NCBI RefSeq assembly: GCF_036507355.1 | Contig: NZ_AP027877.1 | Origin: Escherichia coli | GTDB taxonomy: Bacteria > Pseudomonadota > Gammaproteobacteria > Enterobacterales > Enterobacteriaceae | DNA length: 64,000 bases | Direction: 5' to 3' (one strand) | In this document: in pieces, positions 10,932 through 21,728 of the stretch | Numbering within the stretch: position 1 is the first letter of the stretch | How the letters are laid out: every line of letters starts with the position of its first letter | Notes under the pieces: generated by a model | The model's input: only the letters and a program-made list of their open reading frames with translations | What the model was told of the DNA's origin: nothing | Databases searched by the model: none | Translations under genes and position numbers: made by a program

Positions 10932-11768
10932 ATGCTCGCAGATATCAGATATTGGGAAAACGATGCCACAAATAAACGTTATGCTATTGCCCATTTTAAT
11001 GTATGGAATGCAGAAATGTTGATGGGCGTTATCGACGCAGCCGAAGAAGCGAAATCACCGGTTATTATTTCTTTTGGCACAGGTTTTGTCGGCAACACCT
11101 CATTTGAAGATTTCTCTCACATGATGGTATCAATGGCACAAAAAGCAACGGTGCCGGTAATAACTCATTGGGATCATGGTCGGAGTATGGAGATTATTCA
11201 TAACGCCTGGACTCATGGTATGAATTCATTAATGCGTGATGCTTCCGCATTTGATTTCGAAGAAAATATTCGTTTAACCAAAGAGGCTGTTGATTTCTTC
11301 CATCCGCTGGGTATTCCGGTAGAGGCGGAATTAGGGCATGTCGGTAATGAAACCGTTTATGAGGAAGCTCTGGCGGGCTATCACTATACCGATCCTGACC
11401 AGGCGGCTGAATTTGTTGAACGTACGGGCTGTGACTCATTGGCTGTCGCCATCGGCAACCAGCATGGGGTTTATACGTCAGAGCCACAATTGAACTTTGA
11501 GGTCGTCAAACGCGTACGCGATGCCGTGTCTGTTCCGCTGGTTTTGCATGGCGCATCGGGGATCAGTGATGCCGACATTAAAACTGCAATTTCGTTGGGT
11601 ATCGCGAAAATCAACATCCATACGGAGCTCTGTCAGGCCGCAATGGTCGCAGTGAAAGAAAACCAGGATCAGCCTTTCCTGCATTTAGAACGTGAAGTAC
11701 GTAAAGCTGTAAAAGAACGGGCATTGGAAAAAATTAAACTGTTCGGTTCTGATGGCAAAGCGGAATAA
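10932..11768 (+). CDS. ydjI: Class II (metal-dependent) ketose-bisphosphate aldolase YdjI
   Basis: 278 aa; similarity to the tagatose/fructose-bisphosphate aldolase class II family recognised. Confidence 0.88.
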   Translation: MLADIRYWENDATNKRYAIAHFNVWNAEMLMGVIDAAEEAKSPVIISFGTGFVGNTSFEDFSHMMVSMAQKATVPVITHWDHGRSMEIIHNAWTHGMNSLMRDASAFDFEENIRLTKEAVDFFHPLGIPVEAELGHVGNETVYEEALAGYHYTDPDQAAEFVERTGCDSLAVAIGNQHGVYTSEPQLNFEVVKRVRDAVSVPLVLHGASGISDADIKTAISLGIAKINIHTELCQAAMVAVKENQDQPFLHLEREVRKAVKERALEKIKLFGSDGKAE

Positions 11769-11772
11769 TGAT

Positions 11773-12720
11773 ATGGATAATCTCGACGTTATTTGTATAG
11801 GTGCCGCTATTGTTGATATTCCATTGCAACCGGTCAGTAAAAATATCTTTGATGTGGATTCTTATCCTCTTGAAAGAATCGCAATGACCACCGGGGGTGA
11901 TGCAATAAATGAAGCAACAATTATTTCTCGTCTGGGCCATCGTACAGCATTAATGAGCCGTATTGGTAAAGATGCCGCAGGGCAGTTTATTCTCGACCAT
12001 TGCCGCAAAGAGAATATTGATATTCAAAGCCTGAAGCAGGACGTCAACATAGATACCTCTATTAATGTTGGACTGGTGACGGAGGATGGCGAGCGGACGT
12101 TTGTCACAAACCGTAACGGCAGTCTGTGGAAATTGAATATTGACGATGTTGATTTTGCGCGGTTTTCCCAGGCGAAATTATTATCACTGGCCAGTATTTT
12201 CAACAGTCCACTATTGGATGGTAAAGCGCTAACAGAAATTTTTACGCAAGCTAAAGCCCGGCAGATGATTATCTGTGCCGATATGATCAAACCGCGGTTG
12301 AATGAAACGCTGGATGATATTTGCGAAGCATTGAGTTATGTCGATTATCTGTTTCCTAATTATGCCGAGGCAAAATTACTCACCGGGAAAGAGACACTGG
12401 ATGAAATTGCTGACTGCTTTCTTGCGTGCGGCGTAAAAACGGTGGTGATTAAAACGGGTAAAGACGGCTGCTTTATCAAGCGTGGTGACATGACGATGAA
12501 GGTGCCGGCGGTCGCAGGAATAACCGCCATCGACACCATTGGCGCGGGCGATAACTTTGCTTCAGGTTTTATTGCGGCACTGTTAGAAGGCAAAAATCTG
12601 CGTGAATGCGCACGCTTTGCCAATGCAACGGCGGCTATCTCGGTTCTAAGCGTCGGTGCCACCACCGGCGTAAAAAACAGAAAGCTGGTCGAACAATTGC
12701 TGGAAGAATACGAAGGATAA
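11773..12720 (+). CDS. ydjH: PfkB-family sugar kinase YdjH
   Basis: 315 aa from ATG 11773 (MDNLDVICIG); ribokinase/PfkB family with GAGD motif near the C-terminus. Confidence 0.88.
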   Translation: MDNLDVICIGAAIVDIPLQPVSKNIFDVDSYPLERIAMTTGGDAINEATIISRLGHRTALMSRIGKDAAGQFILDHCRKENIDIQSLKQDVNIDTSINVGLVTEDGERTFVTNRNGSLWKLNIDDVDFARFSQAKLLSLASIFNSPLLDGKALTEIFTQAKARQMIICADMIKPRLNETLDDICEALSYVDYLFPNYAEAKLLTGKETLDEIADCFLACGVKTVVIKTGKDGCFIKRGDMTMKVPAVAGITAIDTIGAGDNFASGFIAALLEGKNLRECARFANATAAISVLSVGATTGVKNRKLVEQLLEEYEG

Positions 12721-12729
12721 TGAAGGCAA

Positions 12730-13710
12730 ATGAAAAAAATACCTTTAGGCACAACGGATATTACGCTTTCGCGAATGGGGTTGGGGACATGGGCCATTGG
12801 CGGCGGTCCTGCATGGAATGGCGATCTCGATCGGCAAATATGTATTGATACGATTCTTGAAGCCCATCGTTGCGGCATTAATCTGATTGATACTGCACCA
12901 GGATATAACTTTGGCAATAGTGAAGTTATCGTCGGTCAGGCGTTAAAAAAACTGCCCCGTGAACAGGTTGTAGTAGAAACCAAATGCGGCATTGTCTGGG
13001 AACGAAAAGGAAGTTTATTCAACAAAGTTGGCGATCGGCAGTTGTATAAAAACCTTTCCCCGGAATCTATCCGCGAAGAGGTAGAAGCCAGCTTGCAACG
13101 TCTGGGTATTGATTACATCGATATCTACATGACGCACTGGCAGTCGGTGCCGCCATTTTTTACGCCGATCGCTGAAACTGTCACAGTGCTTAATGAGTTA
13201 AAGGCTGAAGGGAAAATTCGCGCTATAGGCGCTGCTAACGTCGATGCTGACCATATCCGCGAGTATCTGCAATATGGTGAACTGGATATTATTCAGGCGA
13301 AATACAGTATCCTCGACCGGGCAATGGAAAACGAACTGCTGCCGCTATGTCGTGATAATGGCATTGTGGTTCAGGTTTATTCCCCGCTAGAGCAGGGATT
13401 GTTGACCGGCACCATCACTCGTGATTACGTTCCGGGCGGCGCTCGGGCAAATAAAGTCTGGTTCCAGCGTGAAAACATGCTGAAAGTGATTGATATGCTT
13501 GAACAGTGGCAGCCACTTTGTGCTCGTTATCAGTGCACAATTCCCACTCTGGCACTGGCGTGGATATTAAAACAGAGTGATTTAATCTCCATTCTTAGTG
13601 GGGCTACTGCACCGGAACAGGTACGCGAAAATGTCGCGGCACTGAATATCAACTTATCGGATGCAGACGCAACATTGATGAGGGAAATGGCAGAGGCCCT
13701 GGAGCGTTAA
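12730..13710 (+). CDS. ydjG: Aldo-keto reductase YdjG
   Basis: 326 aa; aldo-keto reductase family sequence recognised. Confidence 0.9.
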   Translation: MKKIPLGTTDITLSRMGLGTWAIGGGPAWNGDLDRQICIDTILEAHRCGINLIDTAPGYNFGNSEVIVGQALKKLPREQVVVETKCGIVWERKGSLFNKVGDRQLYKNLSPESIREEVEASLQRLGIDYIDIYMTHWQSVPPFFTPIAETVTVLNELKAEGKIRAIGAANVDADHIREYLQYGELDIIQAKYSILDRAMENELLPLCRDNGIVVQVYSPLEQGLLTGTITRDYVPGGARANKVWFQRENMLKVIDMLEQWQPLCARYQCTIPTLALAWILKQSDLISILSGATAPEQVRENVAALNINLSDADATLMREMAEALER

Positions 13711-13846
13711 ATACTCAACACGATTCACCTCTGTTTCTGTGAAAACTGTGATGAAAATCTGTGATTCAAACAGGTTATTTTGAAAGTAAACATCGGTTAT
13801 GCGATAATCGCGCTAATGTGATGTAAAAAGATACAGGGGTGTAATC

Positions 13847-14605
13847 GTGGCGGCAAAAGACAGGATTCAGGCAATTAAGCAAATGGTTGCCAACGATAAA
13901 AAGGTGACAGTCTCAAATTTGAGTGGGATTTTTCAGGTAACCGAAGAAACCATTCGCCGCGATCTTGAGAAGCTGGAAGATGAAGGCTTTTTGACCAGAA
14001 CCTATGGTGGTGCTGTTTTAAATACAGCGATGTTGACGGAGAATATCCATTTTTATAAGCGCGCTTCATCGTTTTATGAAGAGAAGCAGCTTATTGCACG
14101 CAAGGCACTACCCTTTATCGACAATAAAACCACCATGGCAGCCGATTCCAGTAGTACCGTAATGGAATTGCTCAAATTGTTACAGGACCGTAGTGACCTG
14201 ACGTTGCTAACCAACTCGGCGGAAGCGATTCATGTTCTGGCTCAGTCAGAAATTAAAGTCGTTTCAACGGGTGGGGAACTAAACAAAAATACACTTTCAC
14301 TGCAAGGAAGAATTACTAAAGAGATCATCAGCCGCTACCATGTCGATATCATGGTAATGAGTTGTAAAGGTCTTGATATTAACAGCGGCGCGCTGGACTC
14401 TAATGAAGCGGAAGCTGAAATCAAAAAGACAATGATCCGTCAGGCGACAGAAGTTGCGTTATTGGTTGATCACTCTAAGTTTGATCGCAAAGCTTTTGTC
14501 CAGTTAGCTGACTTTAGTCATATTAATTACATAATAACTGATAAATCACCGGGTGCAGAGTGGATAGCATTTTGCAAAGACAATAATATCCAGCTGGTGT
14601 GGTAA
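13847..14605 (+). CDS. ydjF: DeoR-family transcriptional regulator YdjF
   Basis: 252 aa; N-terminal helix-turn-helix (VSNLSGIFQVTEETIRRDLEKLE) and DeoR C-terminal sugar-phosphate sensor domain. Confidence 0.9.
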   Translation: MAAKDRIQAIKQMVANDKKVTVSNLSGIFQVTEETIRRDLEKLEDEGFLTRTYGGAVLNTAMLTENIHFYKRASSFYEEKQLIARKALPFIDNKTTMAADSSSTVMELLKLLQDRSDLTLLTNSAEAIHVLAQSEIKVVSTGGELNKNTLSLQGRITKEIISRYHVDIMVMSCKGLDINSGALDSNEAEAEIKKTMIRQATEVALLVDHSKFDRKAFVQLADFSHINYIITDKSPGAEWIAFCKDNNIQLVW

Positions 14606-14722
14606 TTTAAGCACACGTTGTCAATATTATTTGTTCCTGCGCCTGGAAATAAAATGATGATAAAGATGCGGCAAGTGAATTTGCCGCAATTGCTACCTTT
14701 TTTAGCAAATCCGAGGCACCCA

Positions 14723-16081
14723 ATGGAACAATATGATCAAATTGGCGCAAGACTGGACCGCTTGCCTTTGGCCCGGTTTCATTATCGTATATTTGGTATT
14801 ATAAGCTTTAGTCTGTTATTAACAGGGTTTTTGAGTTACTCCGGTAATGTCGTCTTAGCAAAGCTGGTAAGCAATGGATGGTCAAATAATTTCCTCAATG
14901 CCGCCTTTACCTCGGCATTAATGTTTAGTTATTTCATCGGCTCTCTTACCGGTGGGTTCATCGGTGATTACTTTGGGCGGCGCAGGGCGTTTCGCATAAA
15001 TCTTCTCATCGTCGGTATTGCTGCAACAGGGGCCGCTTTTGTCCCTGATATGTACTGGCTCATCTTCTTTCGCTTCCTGATGGGAACAGGAATGGGGACG
15101 CTGATTATGGTTGGCTATGCCTCATTTACGGAGTTTACCCCCGCGACGGTGCGTGGAAAATGGTCCGCGCGGCTCTCATTTGTTGGTAACTGGTCGCCCA
15201 TGCTGTCTGCGGCGATAGGCGTGGTGGTTATCGCTTTTTTTAGTTGGCGGATAATGTTTCTGCTGGGTGGTATTGGCATACTGTTAGCCTGGTTTCTCTC
15301 AGGTAAATACTTTATCGAGTCGCCACGATGGCTGGCAGGGAAAGGGCAAATCGCAGGTGCAGAATGCCAACTTCGTGAAGTAGAGCAGCAAATTGAAAGA
15401 GAGAAGAGTATTCGTTTACCCCCGCTTACTTCGTATCAGAGCAACAGCAAAGTTAAAGTAATCAAGGGTACTTTCTGGCTCCTGTTTAAAGGTGAAATGT
15501 TACGACGTACATTAGTCGCGATTACTGTTTTAATTGCAATGAACATTTCGCTTTATACCATCACCGTATGGATACCGACCATATTTGTTAACTCCGGCAT
15601 TGATGTCGATAAATCAATATTAATGACCGCTGTTATTATGATTGGCGCTCCGGTAGGAATATTTATTGCGGCATTAATTATTGATCATTTTCCTCGTCGG
15701 TTATTTGGCTCCACCTTACTTATTATTATTGCCGTGTTAGGCTATATCTATTCAATTCAGACTACAGAGTGGGCGATTTTAATCTATGGCCTGGTGATGA
15801 TCTTCTTTTTATACATGTATGTTTGCTTCGCGTCGGCGGTTTATATCCCGGAGCTTTGGCCAACGCATTTACGCCTGCGCGGTTCGGGTTTCGTTAATGC
15901 CGTCGGACGGATCGTCGCAGTCTTCACGCCCTATGGCGTTGCGGCATTATTAACACATTATGGGTCGATCACGGTGTTTATGGTGCTTGGTGTCATGTTA
16001 GTGCTCTGTGCGCTGGTTCTCTCTATTTTTGGCATCGAAACGCGGAAGGTGTCGCTGGAAGAGATTTCTGAGGTGAACTAA
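14723..16081 (+). CDS. ydjE: MFS transporter YdjE
   Basis: 452 aa from ATG 14723 (MEQYDQIGARLDRL), paralogous to ydjK; the ORF-track upstream extension has no support. Confidence 0.88.
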   Translation: MEQYDQIGARLDRLPLARFHYRIFGIISFSLLLTGFLSYSGNVVLAKLVSNGWSNNFLNAAFTSALMFSYFIGSLTGGFIGDYFGRRRAFRINLLIVGIAATGAAFVPDMYWLIFFRFLMGTGMGTLIMVGYASFTEFTPATVRGKWSARLSFVGNWSPMLSAAIGVVVIAFFSWRIMFLLGGIGILLAWFLSGKYFIESPRWLAGKGQIAGAECQLREVEQQIEREKSIRLPPLTSYQSNSKVKVIKGTFWLLFKGEMLRRTLVAITVLIAMNISLYTITVWIPTIFVNSGIDVDKSILMTAVIMIGAPVGIFIAALIIDHFPRRLFGSTLLIIIAVLGYIYSIQTTEWAILIYGLVMIFFLYMYVCFASAVYIPELWPTHLRLRGSGFVNAVGRIVAVFTPYGVAALLTHYGSITVFMVLGVMLVLCALVLSIFGIETRKVSLEEISEVN

Positions 16082-16132
16082 ATCTTTCGTTGATGGCGTC
16101 CATTACCAGATGTACTACCGACGTGTTTTATC

Positions 16133-16165
16133 TGGCCTACAATGCCAGTACAGAATTGTAGGCCA
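16133..16165. repeat. Perfect 11 bp inverted repeat between convergent ydjE and pncA (probable bidirectional terminator or REP-like unit)
   Basis: TGGCCTACAAT-N11-ATTGTAGGCCA; the GGCCTAC motif is typical of REP ends. Confidence 0.55.
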
Positions 16166-16173
16166 GCGTAAAA

Positions 16174-16815
16174 TTACCCCTGCGTCTCTTCCCAGTCTGC
16201 CAGCGTATATAGCGTTGCCCCAGCTGCTGACATTTCCATAAACGCGTGCGCACTGTCCTGTGGCTGGATATTCACCCCACGACAGCCATCGGTAATCACG
16301 TTTACCTTATAACCTAACTGTAACGCGTCCAGCACGGTAAACTTCACGCAATAGTCAGTAGCCAGGCCCATAACGATCAATTCATCGATTTCATGATCGC
16401 GTAACCAGTCATCAAGCGAGGTTTTCTGCCGACGGCCGTTATCAAAAAAGGCACTGTAACTGTCAACTAAAGGATTTTCGCCTTTATGGAACACCGCTGC
16501 GATCGCTTTTTGGTTCAGTAACGGATGTAATTGTGCGCCTTCACTGTTCTGCACACAGTGATCTGGCCAGAAGGTTTGTGGCAAACCGTCGAGTTGACCT
16601 GGCGTATAAGGCTCTACACAGTGCTGACTGGCAAAACTGCCGTGATTCGCTGGGTGCCAGTCCTGACTGGCGATAACCGCTTCACCGCGCGACAGGCACC
16701 AGTCAATCAGGCGGTTAGCGACATCCACCGTACTGTCACCCTCCGGCACGGCGAGCGCGCCACCAGCACAGAAATCATTTTGTAAATCGACCAGTAACAG
16801 GGCGCGAGGGGGCAT
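16174..16815 (-). CDS. pncA: Nicotinamidase/pyrazinamidase PncA
   Basis: 213 aa from ATG 16815 (MPPRALLLVDLQNDFCAGG), isochorismatase-fold nicotinamidase. Confidence 0.93.
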   Translation of the reverse strand: MPPRALLLVDLQNDFCAGGALAVPEGDSTVDVANRLIDWCLSRGEAVIASQDWHPANHGSFASQHCVEPYTPGQLDGLPQTFWPDHCVQNSEGAQLHPLLNQKAIAAVFHKGENPLVDSYSAFFDNGRRQKTSLDDWLRDHEIDELIVMGLATDYCVKFTVLDALQLGYKVNVITDGCRGVNIQPQDSAHAFMEMSAAGATLYTLADWEETQG

Positions 16816-16825
16816 TGCAGTCTCC

Positions 16826-17842
16826 TTAATCATCCGGCGTCAGTTCGCCGCGCAGGTTTTGGCTCATGGCCTTGCGAATGGTTTCAGTATCCAGTTCCTG
16901 GCTAAGCAGGTAATGCAGTTTGGTTAGCGTGGCTTCTACAGTCATATCTGCACCGCCAATAACGCCAGCATGGGCGAGGGCGTTACCGGTGGCATAACCA
17001 CCCATATTCACTTTACCGGACATACATTGTGTCAGGTTGACCACCACAATACCGCGATCGCTGGCTTCTTGTAATTCCTGCAGGAAGGCTTTGTTTTGTG
17101 GCGCATTACCCACGCCATAGGAGCGCAGAATCAATGCTTTCACCGGTTGGCGCAGAAAATTGCGCACGACGCCAGCAGAAATCCCTGGATAAATCGTCAC
17201 TACGCCAATTGGTTGTGGGGTGATTGGATGAACGATCAATTCCCCTTCACCGTGCGGGGCGGGTGGCGTATTCAAACGACGAATATGGATACCTGCTTCC
17301 AGTAACGGAGGAAGGTTTGGAGAGGCAAACGCATCAAAACCATCGGCATGGGCTTTGGTAGTGCGGTTGCCGCGATACAATCGGTTATTGAAAAAGAGCG
17401 TTACTTCGTTGATCGGATAATTCGCCGCAACGTACAACGCATTCAGCAGATTAATTTGTCCGTCAGAGCGTAACTCAGCTAGCGGGATTTGTGACCCTGT
17501 CACAATGACTGGTTTACCGAGATTCTCGAGCATGAACGACAGCGCAGAGGCGGTATATGCCATCGTATCGGTGCCGTGCAGAATGACAAAACCATCATAG
17601 TCGTCATAGTGCGCTTTAATATCTTCAGCAATATGCTGCCAGTCTTCCGGCGTCATATCTGAAGAATCCATCAGCGGCGTATATTCATGAATGGTGAAAT
17701 CTGGCATCTCCGGGCGATGGAATTCCGGCATCAGCGCCAGTTGGCGTTGTAGATGACCTGACACCGGTATATAACCCTGCTCGGAACGCTGCATCCCGAT
17801 GGTCCCGCCCGTGTAGGCGACGTAAATTGATTTCTTTTGCAT
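16826..17842 (-). CDS. ansA: Cytoplasmic L-asparaginase I
   Basis: 338 aa from ATG 17842 (MQKKSIYVAYTGGTIGM, the asparaginase threonine motif); ansA stop lies 11 bp upstream of the pncA start. Confidence 0.93.
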   Translation of the reverse strand: MQKKSIYVAYTGGTIGMQRSEQGYIPVSGHLQRQLALMPEFHRPEMPDFTIHEYTPLMDSSDMTPEDWQHIAEDIKAHYDDYDGFVILHGTDTMAYTASALSFMLENLGKPVIVTGSQIPLAELRSDGQINLLNALYVAANYPINEVTLFFNNRLYRGNRTTKAHADGFDAFASPNLPPLLEAGIHIRRLNTPPAPHGEGELIVHPITPQPIGVVTIYPGISAGVVRNFLRQPVKALILRSYGVGNAPQNKAFLQELQEASDRGIVVVNLTQCMSGKVNMGGYATGNALAHAGVIGGADMTVEATLTKLHYLLSQELDTETIRKAMSQNLRGELTPDD

Positions 17843-17995
17843 GATATTGATATGAATGATATCGAAAGAGCAAAAGTATATACGTGAGGCAGGGGGAGCG
17901 CACCTGATACTATGCGGATAAGGAAATATGGGGCGAGACAGCGGGAAGAGGATTAAAAATATGGCCGACGATCTGTCGGCCACTCAGTACAAGAC

Positions 17996-19852
17996 TTAAC
18001 GCACGTTGGCGCAGGTCAGGCAAAACGCATAACGGTTTTGTGGGTCGTTAAACGCGGCCAGCTTGTCACTTTCACTTTTAACGGTAGAGGCTACCGAGGC
18101 AAGCGGTGCAGGTAACATGGCCTGGAACGCATCTGGCAATATTGCCCGGACAGAACCAGACATGTTGTCCATCACTTTGTCGAAGAAGGTCGGTTCATCA
18201 ACGTAGTATTCCAGATGCCACTGTTTCACTTTTGCCAGCTCTGCTGCTTTGGCGACCGCATCATCGAAATCCCCGAGACTATCGACCAGCCCGTTAGCTT
18301 TTGCGTCCTGACCGGTCCAGACGTGGCCCTGGGCGATTTTATCAATCTGCTCCGGCGTCGAATGACGCGCATCAGCAACCAGCGTGATAAAGCGTTTATA
18401 GCCATTCTCAATGCTTAACTGCATCATCTGCTGCGCTTCCGGCGGCAGTGCCTTGGTGATAGAAACATCCGCCAGCGGTGAAGTTGAGACACCATCAGTA
18501 TGAACACCAATCGAATCCAGACTATTTTCTACAGTGGTGATCACGCCGAAGATACCGATAGAACCGGTCAGGGTGCTGGGGTTAGCCACAATGTAATTAG
18601 CTGGCGTGGAAATCCAGTAACCACCAGATGCCGCCATGCCGCCCATCGATACAACCACAGGCTTACCCGCAGCCCGGGCTGCTGCCAGTTCAGCGCGAAT
18701 CACTTCAGACGCGGTAACGCTGCCGCCTGGGCTATTAACACGCAGAACAATCGCTTTCACTTTCGGGTCAAGGCGAGCGTCGCGGATTTGTGCCGCAGTG
18801 GTATCACCGCCAACATTCCCCTGAGTTTCCTCGCCATCCATAATTGCGCCATTAGCGAAGACGACACCGATGCTGTCACCGGTATCTGCCGGCGTTTTCA
18901 ATGCGTAATCGTAATAACTGATGGCGCGATAATTTTTATCAGTCTTACTCCAGCCGAACTCTTTGGTCAGAGCTTTTTCGATTTCGGCACTCGATGCCAG
19001 TGCATCGACCAGCTTGTTTTCCAGTGCATATTTCGCGGTATCGCCACCGGTTTTGGTTAAACCCTCAAGCAACCCTTGCGCGCCAGGGAATACCTGCTGA
19101 GCAGGGATCTGTCGGTTAGCGGCAACAGTATTCAGATAGTTTTGCCACAGCTCACCAATCCAGCGGCTGTCAGCTTCGCGGGCTGCCGGTGACATGTCAT
19201 CACGAATAAACGGTTCAACGGCAGATTTATACGTACCCACGCGGAACACATGGGTGGAAACTTTCAGCTTATCCAGCAACGATTTGTAGTACAGACCGTT
19301 GGTAGCAAAACCGTGCAAATCCACCACGCCTTGCGGTGACAGCCAAATTTTATTGGCGAAACTGGCGAGATAATATTGCCCCTGGCTGTAGTTCTCGCCG
19401 ACGGCATAAACCGGTTTCCCGCTGTCACGAAACTCTTTCAGGGCTTTGCCAATGTACTGCATAGACGGTTGGTCGCCGCCTGCGAAGTTTTTCAGATCCA
19501 TCACGATACCGGTGATATTGCGGTCGTCCTTCGCCTGGCGAATGGTGTTGACGATATCAAACAGTGAGTTTTCCTGCAGACGATCGGAACTGGCACCAAG
19601 TAGTTGGCGGCTTAATTTACTAAACCGCTGAGAACTGTCGGGTTTATCGACGATCACACCAGAAATGTCCAGCAGCAGTGCACCACGACTGGCCGTTTCT
19701 TTCGAATCACCACCACTGACCTGCATCCAGATCCCCACACCAACCAGTACGAGAAAAATAAAGAACAGGTTAAGTACCATTTCACGGACGAAATTCAGCA
19801 GACGCCACGTCCATTTAAAAAATCCGGCAATAAATCGCCAAAGGGTTCGCAT
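17996..19852 (-). CDS. sppA: Signal peptide peptidase A (protease IV)
   Basis: 618 aa from ATG 19852 ([19 protein letters not shown]), tandem S49 peptidase domains. Confidence 0.93.
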   Translation of the reverse strand: MRTLWRFIAGFFKWTWRLLNFVREMVLNLFFIFLVLVGVGIWMQVSGGDSKETASRGALLLDISGVIVDKPDSSQRFSKLSRQLLGASSDRLQENSLFDIVNTIRQAKDDRNITGIVMDLKNFAGGDQPSMQYIGKALKEFRDSGKPVYAVGENYSQGQYYLASFANKIWLSPQGVVDLHGFATNGLYYKSLLDKLKVSTHVFRVGTYKSAVEPFIRDDMSPAAREADSRWIGELWQNYLNTVAANRQIPAQQVFPGAQGLLEGLTKTGGDTAKYALENKLVDALASSAEIEKALTKEFGWSKTDKNYRAISYYDYALKTPADTGDSIGVVFANGAIMDGEETQGNVGGDTTAAQIRDARLDPKVKAIVLRVNSPGGSVTASEVIRAELAAARAAGKPVVVSMGGMAASGGYWISTPANYIVANPSTLTGSIGIFGVITTVENSLDSIGVHTDGVSTSPLADVSITKALPPEAQQMMQLSIENGYKRFITLVADARHSTPEQIDKIAQGHVWTGQDAKANGLVDSLGDFDDAVAKAAELAKVKQWHLEYYVDEPTFFDKVMDNMSGSVRAILPDAFQAMLPAPLASVASTVKSESDKLAAFNDPQNRYAFCLTCANVR

Positions 19853-20012
19853 GTATTCTCCCAACTTAAGGTCACACCTGTCACAGGCGCAATAGATGTG
19901 GTTATCGTAATGACCCAACCGGCACTTGTCAGCAGGAATTGCGGACTGTGCTGTAACAAAATCCACTCTCGTGTTAATTTTGTGAATAAATATCACGACA
20001 GGAGTTAATCAA

Positions 20013-20564
20013 ATGGATGCACTCGAACTATTGATCAATCGCCGTAGCGCCTCCCGCCTGGCTGAACCCGCGCCAACGGGTGAACAACTGCAAAACATCC
20101 TGCGTGCGGGTATGCGTGCGCCGGACCATAAGTCCATGCAACCGTGGCATTTTTTTGTGATTGAAGGGGAAGGGCGTGAGCGTTTCAGCGCCGTACTGGA
20201 ACAGGGGGCGATTGCTGCCGGTAGTGATGACAAAGCTATCGACAAAGCCCGTAATGCGCCGTTCCGCGCACCGCTCATCATCACGGTGGTGGCGAAATGC
20301 GAAGAAAATCATAAAGTCCCGCGATGGGAACAGGAAATGTCTGCCGGATGCGCGGTCATGGCGATGCAAATGGCAGCCGTTGCCCAGGGGTTTGGCGGCA
20401 TCTGGCGCAGTGGCGCATTAACTGAAAGTCCGGTAGTGCGTGAAGCATTCGGTTGCCGTGAGCAGGATAAAATTGTCGGTTTTCTCTACCTCGGTACGCC
20501 GCAGCTGAAAGCATCTACGTCGATAAACGTCCCGGACCCGACGCCGTTTGTGACTTATTTCTGA
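20013..20564 (+). CDS. ydjA: Nitroreductase-family protein YdjA
   Basis: 183 aa; small NAD(P)H nitroreductase fold sequence recognised. Confidence 0.9.
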   Translation: MDALELLINRRSASRLAEPAPTGEQLQNILRAGMRAPDHKSMQPWHFFVIEGEGRERFSAVLEQGAIAAGSDDKAIDKARNAPFRAPLIITVVAKCEENHKVPRWEQEMSAGCAVMAMQMAAVAQGFGGIWRSGALTESPVVREAFGCREQDKIVGFLYLGTPQLKASTSINVPDPTPFVTYF

Positions 20565-20680
20565 TAATTGTCGCGAAACTGTCTGGATTGTGAGCAAAGG
20601 CGCAGGAATTCAGACACTCTCACTTATCACTTCACGGAATGAGGGTTACCATACCCGGATTGCATTGACAGGAGATGTCC

Positions 20681-21724
20681 ATGAGCGAGAACTCGATTCG
20701 TTTGACCCAATACAGCCACGGAGCTGGTTGCGGCTGTAAAATTTCCCCAAAAGTGTTGGAAACCATCCTGCACAGTGAGCAGGCGAAGTTTGTTGATCCG
20801 AATTTGCTTGTGGGTAATGAAACCCGCGACGATGCGGCGGTGTACGATCTGGGCAATGGCACCAGCGTTATCAGTACCACCGACTTCTTTATGCCGATCG
20901 TTGATAACCCTTTCGATTTTGGCCGCATTGCGGCGACTAACGCCATCAGCGATATCTTCGCGATGGGGGGCAAACCGATTATGGCGATTGCGATCCTCGG
21001 CTGGCCGATTAACAAACTTTCCCCAGAAATTGCCCGCGAAGTAACCGAAGGTGGACGCTATGCATGTCGTCAGGCGGGTATTGCGCTGGCTGGCGGTCAC
21101 TCCATCGATGCGCCGGAGCCGATTTTTGGTTTGGCGGTGACGGGGATCGTACCGACCGAGCGGGTGAAGAAAAACAGTACCGCACAAGCCGGATGTAAAC
21201 TGTTCCTGACGAAACCGCTGGGGATCGGCGTTCTTACCACGGCTGAGAAAAAATCACTGCTGAAACCAGAACATCAGGGACTGGCGACGGAAGTGATGTG
21301 CCGGATGAACATCGCAGGCGCGTCCTTTGCCAACATTGAAGGCGTAAAAGCGATGACCGACGTAACGGGCTTTGGCCTGCTGGGCCATTTGAGCGAAATG
21401 TGTCAGGGCGCAGGTGTGCAGGCGCGCGTTGACTATGACGCGATCCCGAAATTGCCGGGGGTTGAAGAGTACATTAAGTTGGGTGCAGTGCCTGGCGGCA
21501 CCGAACGTAACTTTGCCAGCTACGGTCATCTGATGGGTGAAATGCCGCGTGAAGTGCGCGATTTGCTGTGCGATCCGCAAACTTCTGGCGGTTTGCTGCT
21601 GGCGGTCATGCCGGAAGCAGAAAATGAGGTTAAAGCTACAGCCGCCGAGTTTGGCATTGAACTGAGGGCGATTGGCGAACTGGTGCCAGCGCGCGGCGGT
21701 CGTGCCATGGTTGAGATCCGTTAA
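20681..21724 (+). CDS. selD: Selenide, water dikinase (selenophosphate synthetase)
   Basis: 347 aa from ATG 20681 ([23 protein letters not shown], with the catalytic Cys in the glycine-rich loop). Confidence 0.95.
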   Translation: MSENSIRLTQYSHGAGCGCKISPKVLETILHSEQAKFVDPNLLVGNETRDDAAVYDLGNGTSVISTTDFFMPIVDNPFDFGRIAATNAISDIFAMGGKPIMAIAILGWPINKLSPEIAREVTEGGRYACRQAGIALAGGHSIDAPEPIFGLAVTGIVPTERVKKNSTAQAGCKLFLTKPLGIGVLTTAEKKSLLKPEHQGLATEVMCRMNIAGASFANIEGVKAMTDVTGFGLLGHLSEMCQGAGVQARVDYDAIPKLPGVEEYIKLGAVPGGTERNFASYGHLMGEMPREVRDLLCDPQTSGGLLLAVMPEAENEVKATAAEFGIELRAIGELVPARGGRAMVEIR

Positions 21725-21728
21725 TTCA

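Noticed and set aside
16826-17983. 385 aa extended ansA frame (and similar N-terminal extensions for sppA, pncA, gapA, msrB, yeaC, ydjE, topB, ynjI, ydjY, ydjX, astD, ves, cedA)
   Set aside because: The ORF track uses the most upstream in-frame start; internal starts with Shine-Dalgarno sequences reproduce the known N-termini and avoid overlaps with upstream genes.
18500-19060. 186 aa plus-strand ORF
   Set aside because: Antisense within sppA; Arg/Cys-rich translation typical of a GC-rich shadow frame.
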